A DNA stretch of 64,000 nt, taken from Candidatus Woesearchaeota archaeon (lineage in GTDB: Archaea > Nanobdellota > Nanobdellia > Woesearchaeales > JABIAG01). A program made the position numbers and the translations under genes. The stretch spans positions 128,001 through 192,000 of the forward strand of contig JABIAG010000001.1 of assembly GCA_018653365.1 (NCBI GenBank), given 5' to 3'. The notes under the pieces were generated by a model, which saw nothing but the letters and a program-made list of their open reading frames with translations, was not told where the DNA came from and searched no databases. Shown in pieces: positions 30,101 to 39,499 of this stretch; within the stretch, counting starts at the first letter, position 1, and each line of letters opens with the position of its first letter.

Positions 30101-31912
30101 TTATATCAAAATTGCTTTAATTCTTCTTATGCCTGCAGCTGAACTCTCTTCCTTCTTTATTTTGAAAGTACCTAGCTCTTTAGTGTTAGTTGTATGAGGC
30201 CCCATGCAGATTTCTTTAGAGTAGTTTCCAATTGAGTAAACAGAAACTTTATCTGGATATTTAGCACCAAATTCTGCCTGTGCACCCTGTTTGATTGCTT
30301 GTTCGGGAGCCATTTCTTCTTTTTTTACTTCTAATCCTTGCTTTATGATCTTGTTTACTTCTGCTTCAACTTGTTGTTTTTCTTCGTCTGTAAGTTTTCT
30401 GTCGAAGTTAAAGTCGTAACGCAGTCGTTCCTCAGTTATGTTGGAACCTTTTTGTTTAATACTTGGATCTTTTAGTACTTTTCTTAAGACCTCAGCAAGA
30501 ATGTGGGTCGCAGTGTGAAGTTTAGCAGTAGTTTCTGAAGATTCAGACAACCCCCCTTTAAACTTTTTTTCTGCTCCAATTCGAGATAGTTTTTGGTGAT
30601 CTTCATATTCTTTATTGAATCCTTTAACGTCAATAGGTACATTATTTTCTTTAGCTAGTTCTTCAATCATCTCAATTGGGAACCCATAGGACTGGAAAAG
30701 TAAAAATGCTTCTTTTGAAGTTACTTTATTGTCTTTTTCAATCATCTTTTGAAGTTCTTTAAGTCCTTTATCCAATGTTTTTTGAAATTTATCTTCTTCT
30801 CGTTTTAATTCATCAAAAATGATTTTTTGTTTTGTTTTCAAATGAGGATATTCTTCCTGATACATTTTAATAACTATTTTAGCTAGATCTACAGTTGCAT
30901 CAATTTTGAAAAGGTCTACATCAAGTAAACGTAAATGTCTTAAAGCTCGTCTAATCAATCTTCTGACAATGTACCCTTGATCGGTATTGCTTGGCGAAAT
31001 ACCATCAGCAATAATAAATGTTGCAGCTTTAATGTGATCTGCAATAATTCGAATTGAACACATGGTTTCTTTCCAACATTCAGGCACTGTTTCAAATCCC
31101 AAAGTTCCTTTAGGAAAGCTATATTTTTTATCTGAAATCTTTTCAATTTCTTTAATGAGGGGTTGCCAAAGTTCAGTAAGATAATGATCTTCATGACCCT
31201 GAAGAATAGTAATAATTCTTTCAACTCCTGCTCCAAAATCAATATTTTTTTGTTCAAGTTTGTGGTACTTCCCTTTTTCGTCTTTATTATACTCCATTAA
31301 AACATCATTTCCTAATTCAACCCAGGTATCATCTTCAGGATCGAATGATTTGGGTGCAGGTTTATTGTTATCTTTCCAATAAAAAAATTCAGTATTAGGA
31401 CCACAAGGACCTGAAGTGCCTGCAGGACCCCAAAAGTTTTCAGATTTAGGAAGAAAAGCAATTCTTTCTTTTGGAATGTTTAAAGATAACCAGGTTTGTT
31501 CCGATTCAGTATCTTTTGGAGCATCCTCATCTCCTTTAAAAACAGTTGCAGCTAATCTTTCAATAGGAACATTTAATTCTTTTGTAATAAATTCAATGGT
31601 TAATTCTATTGCCTCTTTTTTCCAGTAATCTCCTAAACTCCAATTTCCAAGCATTTCAAAGAAAGTATGGTGGTTGCTGTCACCAACTTCATCAATATCC
31701 ACTGTTCGTATACACCTTTGAACATTTACTAACCTCTTTCCTTGAGGGTGGGGTTGTCCCAATAAGTTAGGAACTAAGGGTTGCATACCTGCAGTTGTAA
31801 ATAGTACTGTGGGGTCATTTTGAGGGATTAAACTAGCATTAATAATCTCTTTATGCCCTTTGCTTTTGAAGAAAGCAATGTACTTCTTTTTGAGTTCTTT
31901 TGCAGTTATCAT
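30101..31912 (-). CDS. alaS: alanyl-tRNA synthetase (compact, no C-Ala domain)
   Basis: LFTTAGM, HHTFFEMLGNWS, IIADH, editing motifs HTATH and CMGPH; start moved to MITAK. Confidence 0.96.
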   Translation of the reverse strand: MITAKELKKKYIAFFKSKGHKEIINASLIPQNDPTVLFTTAGMQPLVPNLLGQPHPQGKRLVNVQRCIRTVDIDEVGDSNHHTFFEMLGNWSLGDYWKKEAIELTIEFITKELNVPIERLAATVFKGDEDAPKDTESEQTWLSLNIPKERIAFLPKSENFWGPAGTSGPCGPNTEFFYWKDNNKPAPKSFDPEDDTWVELGNDVLMEYNKDEKGKYHKLEQKNIDFGAGVERIITILQGHEDHYLTELWQPLIKEIEKISDKKYSFPKGTLGFETVPECWKETMCSIRIIADHIKAATFIIADGISPSNTDQGYIVRRLIRRALRHLRLLDVDLFKIDATVDLAKIVIKMYQEEYPHLKTKQKIIFDELKREEDKFQKTLDKGLKELQKMIEKDNKVTSKEAFLLFQSYGFPIEMIEELAKENNVPIDVKGFNKEYEDHQKLSRIGAEKKFKGGLSESSETTAKLHTATHILAEVLRKVLKDPSIKQKGSNITEERLRYDFNFDRKLTDEEKQQVEAEVNKIIKQGLEVKKEEMAPEQAIKQGAQAEFGAKYPDKVSVYSIGNYSKEICMGPHTTNTKELGTFKIKKEESSAAGIRRIKAILI

Positions 31913-32052
31913 TTTTATTTTGGACTCATTTTGTGAGTAATCTAAGTAAAGTTGAGAAGGGTTCATTTAAATACTTTTTCTCTTTTTTTCTCTTTCAAAT
32001 GGAAAAATATATAAACAAAATTAGTAAAGTATAAGATAAAGATTTTAATGAG

Positions 32053-32568
32053 GTGATTAATATTCCAGAAGACACTCCAACAGATGCAGTAATACAATAT
32101 AAGCAACAAGGATATGATGATGAAACAATAAAGCAAGGATTGTCTCAACAAGGATATGGTCCTCAACAAGTTCTAGATGCATTTAATCAAGCAGATATGA
32201 AAGGACAAGCAATTGCCGCTCCTGTACAAGGAATGCAACCTGCACCTCAACAATATGAAGAAAATACTGAAGCAGTAGTAGAATCATTAATTGAAGAGAA
32301 ATGGCAAGATTTACAAACACAATTAAAAGCAATAACTGAGTGGAAAGAACGAATAGACTCACAAGTAATAAAGATCACACAAGAAATGGGACTGCTAAAA
32401 GAAAATTTTGATAAATTACACGAAGGAGTGTTGGGTAAAATTTCTGATTATGACGCTAATCTAAAAGATGTGGGTAGTAGTGTAAAAGCAATGGACGAAG
32501 TATTTAAAAAAGTAATTCCCACAATGACTGAAAGTGTAAATAAGTTATCTCGATTAGCTAATAAATAA
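32053..32568 (+). CDS. conserved coiled-coil protein
   Basis: GTG start with SD; ESLIEEKW; long heptad region. Confidence 0.8.
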   Translation: MINIPEDTPTDAVIQYKQQGYDDETIKQGLSQQGYGPQQVLDAFNQADMKGQAIAAPVQGMQPAPQQYEENTEAVVESLIEEKWQDLQTQLKAITEWKERIDSQVIKITQEMGLLKENFDKLHEGVLGKISDYDANLKDVGSSVKAMDEVFKKVIPTMTESVNKLSRLANK

Positions 32569-32605
32569 TTCTTTTTAATCTATTTTTTTTAAGTACTCTA
32601 TTTTT

Positions 32606-33157
32606 TTACGCTGGCGGCGTCATAGAAAGAAGTTTAACTGCTAATGACGCAACAATCAATAAAAATATAACACCCATTACTTTCGGATGAAAAATAGTTC
32701 TAGTAACATCCTCATTAAAGTCTGCCGAACCTTCTGTTTCTTCCCCATCTACTGCACTGCTGCCTCCAGCAATAACATCTCCAAATACCTGAGAAAGTCC
32801 AAATAAGAAAATAGCAATACTAAAACCAACAATTACCCATATAACTAGTTTATCTTTAACAAAATAGTTTGTAATTACATCTCCTTTAACACCAAATGCC
32901 ATCATTAGTAATAAGATAAGGAAGATTACAACCATAACAAAAACAAACCAAGGAGCCATTATTGTAATTAAAGCAACAATTGGCGGAAAGAATAAAGTTA
33001 AAGAAGCTAAAACTAATGCAACAATTGCATAAACACCCTTATTATCCCCTAATAAAGCAGTTTTGGTAAGAAACGCATAAGCAAGAACATAAATTAATAG
33101 GAAAGTAAAAATAGGAGAAAAATGTCCTAATAATCCAACATCTAATAAAGTAGCCAT
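32606..33157 (-). CDS. multi-TM membrane protein, paralog 3
   Basis: FTFLLIYVLAYAFL; shares the N-terminal motif with its neighbours. Confidence 0.8.
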   Translation of the reverse strand: MATLLDVGLLGHFSPIFTFLLIYVLAYAFLTKTALLGDNKGVYAIVALVLASLTLFFPPIVALITIMAPWFVFVMVVIFLILLLMMAFGVKGDVITNYFVKDKLVIWVIVGFSIAIFLFGLSQVFGDVIAGGSSAVDGEETEGSADFNEDVTRTIFHPKVMGVIFLLIVASLAVKLLSMTPPA

Positions 33158-33166
33158 TTTTTAAAA

Positions 33167-33793
33167 TTAAGCGGGTTTATGCTCGTCTGCATTTCCTCCA
33201 TTAGATAATGCTTCACCTATATGATGGCTTAGTGCAGCCCTGTTGGGAAATGGTTGTCCACATTTACACTTATGATCTTTAATTCCACTTCCGGTAATAA
33301 ATTTAACAAGTACACCAAATATTATAACAATGATAATTATGGCCTGAAATTCGGGATCGCCAAACCAACTAGTGAGTCCATATCCACTAACACTTCCAAT
33401 ACCAATATTATCAATGAATATTAAAGCTACCACTATGAGTGCGACCCATTTAATCCACCTCATATGAAAGGACATGTCGTCACTATTTGTGGATAATGCT
33501 CCAATTAACATTAGTGCCATAACTACGGCAATTATGAGTAATGCGACCTGGGGAATCGATGAATTAATGACTTGAACAACATCAACTTCACCATAATAAT
33601 AATTACTTGTTACATGGGGAATGATAACTAATAATGCAATAACTAATGCAAGAACCATTTGCATTCTTGGTTTCTCTTTCATTTGCGGAATTTGAGAAGA
33701 GACAGCATAAACTACTGCAAAGACTAAAATGAATGGAAGAATAACTTCTATTAAATCAGGGCCAATTAGATTAAGTGCTTGTTGAAAATACAT
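33167..33793 (-). CDS. multi-TM membrane protein, paralog 2, with C-terminal C2H2-like finger
   Basis: ILPFILVFAVVYAV; HKCKCGQPFPNRAALSHH. Confidence 0.8.
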   Translation of the reverse strand: MYFQQALNLIGPDLIEVILPFILVFAVVYAVSSQIPQMKEKPRMQMVLALVIALLVIIPHVTSNYYYGEVDVVQVINSSIPQVALLIIAVVMALMLIGALSTNSDDMSFHMRWIKWVALIVVALIFIDNIGIGSVSGYGLTSWFGDPEFQAIIIIVIIFGVLVKFITGSGIKDHKCKCGQPFPNRAALSHHIGEALSNGGNADEHKPA

Positions 33794-33846
33794 TGTTTTT
33801 TCTGTCCTCCTTTTTTATTTTTGTTTCTTAGTATATAAACTTTTCT

Positions 33847-34425
33847 TTAACTCTCTTCTTCATCAGTACTGCCTTTGTCCTTACTTAAGAAAAACATAAA
33901 CCCACCAATTATAACTAAAAGAATAATTACTCCAACAAAAGAGCTGCTCCAATTACTTGCCATGAAACCCCATGCAATTTCTAACCAACTTTGTCCGTTA
34001 ACTCTAATTGCGTCAAGGAAAATGAATATTATTGCGATAAAAACAATTGCCATAAAGAAATTTCTCCATTTCTTTTCTAAGAAAATTCCCTCTTTCATCT
34101 CAGAAGGCTTGGTAAAACTTCCAACTAATAATAAAAATGATGCGGATAAGATTAATAATAAAACCATATTGGCAACTGCACGATTTATTGCACCCACTAA
34201 ATTAGTTGAGGCAACAACAAGAAATGCTATAACAAAAGCAGCCATAGCATTAAGATTTCTTCTTGGATATTCTTTACCATTAATTTCCTCAAGACCAAAA
34301 ATTTTGGACTTTTCAAGAAGAGCAAACGTAATTGTGAATACTAATAAAAAAGGAAGAACTACATCATACACTCCAAGACGGTCTAAAAAACCAACTGCTC
34401 CGACTAGAGCACCTCCATCAGCCAT
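33847..34425 (-). CDS. multi-TM membrane protein, paralog 1
   Basis: GVYDVVLPFLLVFTITFALLEKSKIFG. Confidence 0.85.
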   Translation of the reverse strand: MADGGALVGAVGFLDRLGVYDVVLPFLLVFTITFALLEKSKIFGLEEINGKEYPRRNLNAMAAFVIAFLVVASTNLVGAINRAVANMVLLLILSASFLLLVGSFTKPSEMKEGIFLEKKWRNFFMAIVFIAIIFIFLDAIRVNGQSWLEIAWGFMASNWSSSFVGVIILLVIIGGFMFFLSKDKGSTDEEES

Positions 34426-34519
34426 TATTAAATAACCATTTATTTAGTATATAAACCTTTCGATTCCAGTTCTCGATAAAAACCAAAGTTATTTAAATCG
34501 ATCTGATCTTCTAAGCTAT

Positions 34520-35065
34520 ATGTTCGAAAAACTAACAAAAGAATACGAGAAGCACGATCTGGCTAGAGAGGGCGTTATAATAGTCTCTCGAGAGGTTATA
34601 AGATCTAGTAAAAAAATAATTTCTGCAGTACACAATGATAAATTAGTTGATGCTGCAAAATACAAACAAAAAATATTAAAAGAAATTGGATTGATGCGAA
34701 AACAAAAAGATAAAGCTAAAACAGGAAGTTATTCTGTAGCAATACAAGAGTATATCGAAGCAATACTATTATTAGAATATGCTAAAACTGGTAAAATATT
34801 AGAATTTAGTAATTTTGGCTGCACTCCAGATGAATATATAATGGGGATTTGTGATTTTGTTGGAGAGTTACAACGAAGAGCGGTTTTAAAAGTATCAAAA
34901 GGAGATAAGAAAGAGATCAAAAAAATATATGCTGACGTTCAAAAAATATATGATGGACTATTAGACTTTAGTTTTAGAGGCGAGGTTCGTAAAAAGTTTG
35001 ATTTGGTTAAGTATGTGATGGTTAGATTAGAAGAAATACAGTTAGAATTAAAATTAAGAAAATGA
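34520..35065 (+). CDS. translin/TRAX-family protein
   Basis: RE..SRE, QEYIEA, Y..GICDFVGELQR, RKKFD. Confidence 0.88.
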   Translation: MFEKLTKEYEKHDLAREGVIIVSREVIRSSKKIISAVHNDKLVDAAKYKQKILKEIGLMRKQKDKAKTGSYSVAIQEYIEAILLLEYAKTGKILEFSNFGCTPDEYIMGICDFVGELQRRAVLKVSKGDKKEIKKIYADVQKIYDGLLDFSFRGEVRKKFDLVKYVMVRLEEIQLELKLRK

Positions 35066-35718
35066 TTTCTATTGTTTTGATAGAGCCTAAAACACAAGGA
35101 AATATTGGAGCAATTGCTAGAGTAATGAAAAACTTTGGGTTTAGTGAGCTAGTATTGGTAAACCCTAAATGTTCTTTGGGAGACGAAGCATATATTCGAG
35201 CAAAACATGCTAAAGATGTTTTGGATAATGTTAAGATTTTGAAAAGATGGCCAAAACTGGATTATTTAGTTGCAACATCTTCTAAAACTGGTCGAGATTA
35301 TAATATCCCTCGAAATCCCATAACTCCTGCTGAGTTGGGCAAGGTATTGCCTTCTAAAGGAAAGATAGGGTTGGTTTTTGGGAGAGAGGAAGATGGACTG
35401 AATAATTTAGAATTAGCAAAATGTGATTTTATGGTTAAAATTCCTACGGATAAGGATTATAAGGCAATGAATTTAAGTCATTCTGTTGCAGTGATGTTAT
35501 ATTCACTTAGTTCATTGTCAAATGATGTTGTCCCAATTTCTTTAGCTGAGAAAAAACAATTATTCAAAATGTTGGATAAAGCGTTGCTCAAAATGAAATT
35601 TGTTTTAGAAGACAAACGAGAAACACAAAGGTTAGTGTGGAAGAAAATGATTGGAAAATCGTTTTTATCTAAACGAGAAGCGTATGCATTAATGGGATTC
35701 TTTAAGAAGTTAGTGTAA
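35062..35718 (+). CDS. trmJ: SPOUT tRNA methyltransferase, TrmJ family
   Basis: GNIGAIARVMKNFG, FGREEDGL, MNLSHSV. Confidence 0.9.
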   Translation: MISIVLIEPKTQGNIGAIARVMKNFGFSELVLVNPKCSLGDEAYIRAKHAKDVLDNVKILKRWPKLDYLVATSSKTGRDYNIPRNPITPAELGKVLPSKGKIGLVFGREEDGLNNLELAKCDFMVKIPTDKDYKAMNLSHSVAVMLYSLSSLSNDVVPISLAEKKQLFKMLDKALLKMKFVLEDKRETQRLVWKKMIGKSFLSKREAYALMGFFKKLV

Positions 35719-35757
35719 AAGAGAAAAATTTATTAATGATAGTGCTGGTTAAGAATC

Positions 35758-36828
35758 ATGGTTAAGAATCTTTTGGACGAAGATGGTATGAAATCAATAC
35801 TTGCATGTTGTGACGGAAATGAAGAATCTGTGTTAAACGAAATTCTTAAAGCATTGGCATCTGGTGCTTCAAAATTTGAAGAAGCTTTTATGAATTTTTT
35901 AGAACCAACGAAGTTTAGAGCTTTAAAACAAAAATTTAGAGAGGCTAAAACGCATACTCAAGATGTAGATTTTGATGAACGTTTACATGAGTTTGATTTA
36001 CAATATAATGTACAAGTTGTTTTTGGTGAGGCCGGTGAAGGGTTTACCCAGACAATAACTGACTGGTTAGATGATGAAGAACCATTTAATCAACATGCAA
36101 ATATGCGTTTTCTTATTAAGTATTTCAAATTTAATTATATCGAGGCTTTTGATTTCATGTTAACTAATATAAATCAGTTAAGAAAGAATAAAAAACGACA
36201 ACTTATCTTAAGTATTTTACAACTTTTGCATTTAGGAGATGAAAAAAAAATCTTAGCCGCGTATGCTAGTTTTCAAGCAAAACTTGTAACTCAGGGTTTT
36301 GGTTTTGAGGGGGTTGTTATAGGAAAACCCAGATTACCTAATGAAATTAAAAAGAAAGGCGTTGTTAAGAGAGCCGCTTTACTTATAGCTATGGCGTTTA
36401 TTGGTGCAGGAGGAATGCGGGGTGCGCAGCACTTTTTAGGAAAAGACGTTATGTCCATTGCACCTATTAAAAGAGTAGTTAATCATAGTGAAATAAAAAA
36501 GAATATAACCCCTTTTGAAGAAATAGTTCAAAAATCTATTAAAAAAGATTTTGAAAAAGAGTTAGATGAGCTAAGCGGATTTAAAAGTCGAAAAAAACAC
36601 CTACTCAAATTATTTGGAAAAAATGCAGATAAAGCTTTGAGACAAGTAGAAGAACTTGAAAAAGAAATTGCAAAAAAGATTGAGGGATTTAAAAGGTTTA
36701 GAGTTAATTTAACCACCCTTGGAGTAAGTAAAGAAGCTTTAATAATGCCAGATGCGATTATTCAAGCGTATGAAAATGTTTTAAGAGATGTTAAAGGACA
36801 AAAAGCAAGATTTACTCCGACTTCTTAA
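35758..36828 (+). CDS. hypothetical single-pass membrane protein
   Basis: Central TM AALLIAMAFIGAGG; coiled-coil C-terminus. Confidence 0.65.
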   Translation: MVKNLLDEDGMKSILACCDGNEESVLNEILKALASGASKFEEAFMNFLEPTKFRALKQKFREAKTHTQDVDFDERLHEFDLQYNVQVVFGEAGEGFTQTITDWLDDEEPFNQHANMRFLIKYFKFNYIEAFDFMLTNINQLRKNKKRQLILSILQLLHLGDEKKILAAYASFQAKLVTQGFGFEGVVIGKPRLPNEIKKKGVVKRAALLIAMAFIGAGGMRGAQHFLGKDVMSIAPIKRVVNHSEIKKNITPFEEIVQKSIKKDFEKELDELSGFKSRKKHLLKLFGKNADKALRQVEELEKEIAKKIEGFKRFRVNLTTLGVSKEALIMPDAIIQAYENVLRDVKGQKARFTPTS

Positions 36829-37126
36829 GAAAATAATTTAAAACACGCTTACTGTTCTTAGGTCGGGCATTAGAACCTAGTGTATAATATACTTTTTCTG
36901 CTTTATCCCCCCAAGAATAATTACCTTTTTCTTCTTTAACCTCTTTTATTTCAAGCTCTTTTAATGCAACGCCTTTCTTTAGATGATAATAAACTGACCT
37001 GATGTGAACTTTTGGAAAAATGTCAATGTAATAAGTATACAACTCATACCCATACACCTTTTTTTTAACATTAATGATTTCAATAATGTTTTGACGTATA
37101 ACTGATTTTGTGGGTCTTCCTCTCAT
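36812..37126 (-). CDS. conserved winged-helix protein
   Basis: RGRP..S.IRQNI, YGYE, SVYYHLKKG, GNYSWG. Confidence 0.8.
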   Translation of the reverse strand: MRGRPTKSVIRQNIIEIINVKKKVYGYELYTYYIDIFPKVHIRSVYYHLKKGVALKELEIKEVKEEKGNYSWGDKAEKVYYTLGSNARPKNSKRVLNYFLKKSE

Positions 37127-37217
37127 AAATTAACTCTATATTTTGTTTTTTAATAACTTTTTGTTTCACTTCTATTAAATACAAACATTTAAATACCTTT
37201 TAGACCAGAAAATATGT

Positions 37218-39494
37218 ATGGAATCCGTGCAGTATCAAGCACAACCAATGGCACAACCTCAAGTACAGCCACAAGTAGGTCAACCTCTAACAATTAAGGA
37301 TTACATAAGCATAATTGGGAAAAGAAAAAAAATAATTCTAGTCCTGGCAGTGGTATTCATGATTATAGTTCTGGTCTTTCTAACTCTAGCAAAAGGAGGG
37401 AATGAGGTAAATTCACTAATCTCTCTAGTGGGCGAAAAGGGTGAAATTGGACCGATTGTAGAACAAAAAGTAATTCTGGAAGGAAGTGACGTGATTGAAC
37501 CCGTAATTGCAAAAAACTTTCAAGAAGCAATATCTCTTGATGATTTTAAATCAAGTCATATGACTGTCGAATTAGTCAGAGAACGAGTTGACAGAACAAA
37601 AGAACAATTAGTATCTTTCTTATCTTTAACAACTAAAGCAGATACAAAAGAACAAGCTAAAAAAATAAATGATGATTTAGTGAAGCAGTTTTTTGAAATA
37701 ATCGAACCAAGATATGGTGCACAAAAAGCAATTAAAGAAAAAATAAGCGTATTTGAAGAAGAAGAACAAGCTCTAAAAGAATACATTACATTAATTGAAC
37801 AAGTAATATTTGAATCCTCACAAGAAATAGAAAATGCAAATGAATTAGTAACAAAATTTAAAATACAAATTGATGCATATGTTAATAGATTTGAATCCGA
37901 GAATATTAAAGGAAAAACCTTGGATTATTATCCTCTAATGCACACTAAAGTGTTAAATGATATTTCACGATTCAGAGAACAAGTTATTGAAGCAGAAGAG
38001 GCAACTTGGCACAGTTCACATCGAGATGCAGCAGCAGAACGATTCATAAAACAGCTTAATGCATATCAAGATAAGCTAACTTCACAAAATATAAGTGAAA
38101 TGCCTGTAGAAAATTTTGTTTTAATGCAGTTTGAAATGGAAGAAGCACTAAACCAATTTCAAAAAGATGTCGTAGGTAATACCACTCAAGATGATTTTAC
38201 AGGAGAGCAAGCAATGAATCAATTGTTAGATAAACGAAAGGCGTTAAGTGACGTAAAAATACAAAAAGTACAATTTGAACAAGACTTATTATTGGAAAAG
38301 AATGCATATAGTGTTTTAAGTTCTCCTAGTTTAGCAAATTCATTAACTTCATCTTCAAATGCAGTAATTAAAGTATCTAAAGACTATGAAGACGTATATG
38401 CTGCTCTAGAGGCACAAGAGTTACTTACTTCTTCAGAAATTATGGAACCAGTAATAGTAAAATATTCCGATATGTCTTTTGAAACATTTATCGCTAGAAA
38501 TTTGAATATTGACAAAGTGAAAGTTGTTACAAACCAAGGAAACAATCAAATATTACCTTTCATTACAATTGATCTAGCTGGGCCTACTTCTGAAGAAAGT
38601 AAGCAAATGCTTCAAGAAGTTCTAGATAACTTTTTTAATTATATTAACGAGCACAATAATTATGCAGATAAAGTAAAATTAGTTGAAGAAAAAATTGAAC
38701 TAAAACAGGATGAAATAAACAACATCAAAATTGATGTAAACTTGTTTGAAACAGACATTTATGGACAAAATTTAATGAAATTAAGAGAAATATCTTTACT
38801 AAAAACAAAGTTATTATTATCTGATTATAAAAAACGGCTTTCAGATATAAGTACTGAAAAAATAGATTTACAAGATCAATTAAGAAAACAGGGAACTTTT
38901 AATTTAATAAGTGCACCATTAACAATTCAAGGTCCTGGAGAAAAGTTTGCACCAAACAAAACTAATTTTATTCAAATAGGCATCACTGCGGTGGTAGGAT
39001 TTTTTATTGCAATATTTTTAGTAATCGCATATGAGACAAAATTTCCAGAATATCAAGCGAGATATGCACAATTTGTACAAGCACAAAACCTCCCTGTTCA
39101 ACAGGGTTCAGTTCAACCCGTTCAACCTGTCCAACAACCAATACAGCCAATTCAACAAATGCCACAACCAGTTCAACAACCTGCTGTACAGAAACAACCC
39201 TTGATATCAAAATTATTTGCCAAAGCACCCCCTGTTCAACAAATAGCCCAACCTGTTGCTCAAGCTCCAGCGCCACAACCTGTTGTTGAAAGAAAACCTT
39301 TCTTTCAAAACTTATTTGCAAATAAAACAAAAGATGTATATTATGTAACAAAGAATTCGTTTGATCAAACAGTACGAAACCAAGACCCTGGATTAGAAGA
39401 ATTAAACCAATTAAAAACAACTAAGTTAGATGATACTGTTAAAGATGAATTTGAAGTAATGAGTAAAATAAAGAAAAATTTGAAAGCAATATAA
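37218..39494 (+). CDS. Wzz/Wzc-like polysaccharide co-polymerase with duplicated extracellular domain
   Basis: TIKDYISIIGKRKKII-TM; P.K..I...VVGFFIAIF TM; coiled coils; QP-rich termini. Confidence 0.7.
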   Translation: MESVQYQAQPMAQPQVQPQVGQPLTIKDYISIIGKRKKIILVLAVVFMIIVLVFLTLAKGGNEVNSLISLVGEKGEIGPIVEQKVILEGSDVIEPVIAKNFQEAISLDDFKSSHMTVELVRERVDRTKEQLVSFLSLTTKADTKEQAKKINDDLVKQFFEIIEPRYGAQKAIKEKISVFEEEEQALKEYITLIEQVIFESSQEIENANELVTKFKIQIDAYVNRFESENIKGKTLDYYPLMHTKVLNDISRFREQVIEAEEATWHSSHRDAAAERFIKQLNAYQDKLTSQNISEMPVENFVLMQFEMEEALNQFQKDVVGNTTQDDFTGEQAMNQLLDKRKALSDVKIQKVQFEQDLLLEKNAYSVLSSPSLANSLTSSSNAVIKVSKDYEDVYAALEAQELLTSSEIMEPVIVKYSDMSFETFIARNLNIDKVKVVTNQGNNQILPFITIDLAGPTSEESKQMLQEVLDNFFNYINEHNNYADKVKLVEEKIELKQDEINNIKIDVNLFETDIYGQNLMKLREISLLKTKLLLSDYKKRLSDISTEKIDLQDQLRKQGTFNLISAPLTIQGPGEKFAPNKTNFIQIGITAVVGFFIAIFLVIAYETKFPEYQARYAQFVQAQNLPVQQGSVQPVQPVQQPIQPIQQMPQPVQQPAVQKQPLISKLFAKAPPVQQIAQPVAQAPAPQPVVERKPFFQNLFANKTKDVYYVTKNSFDQTVRNQDPGLEELNQLKTTKLDDTVKDEFEVMSKIKKNLKAI

Positions 39495-39499
39495 TTCGA

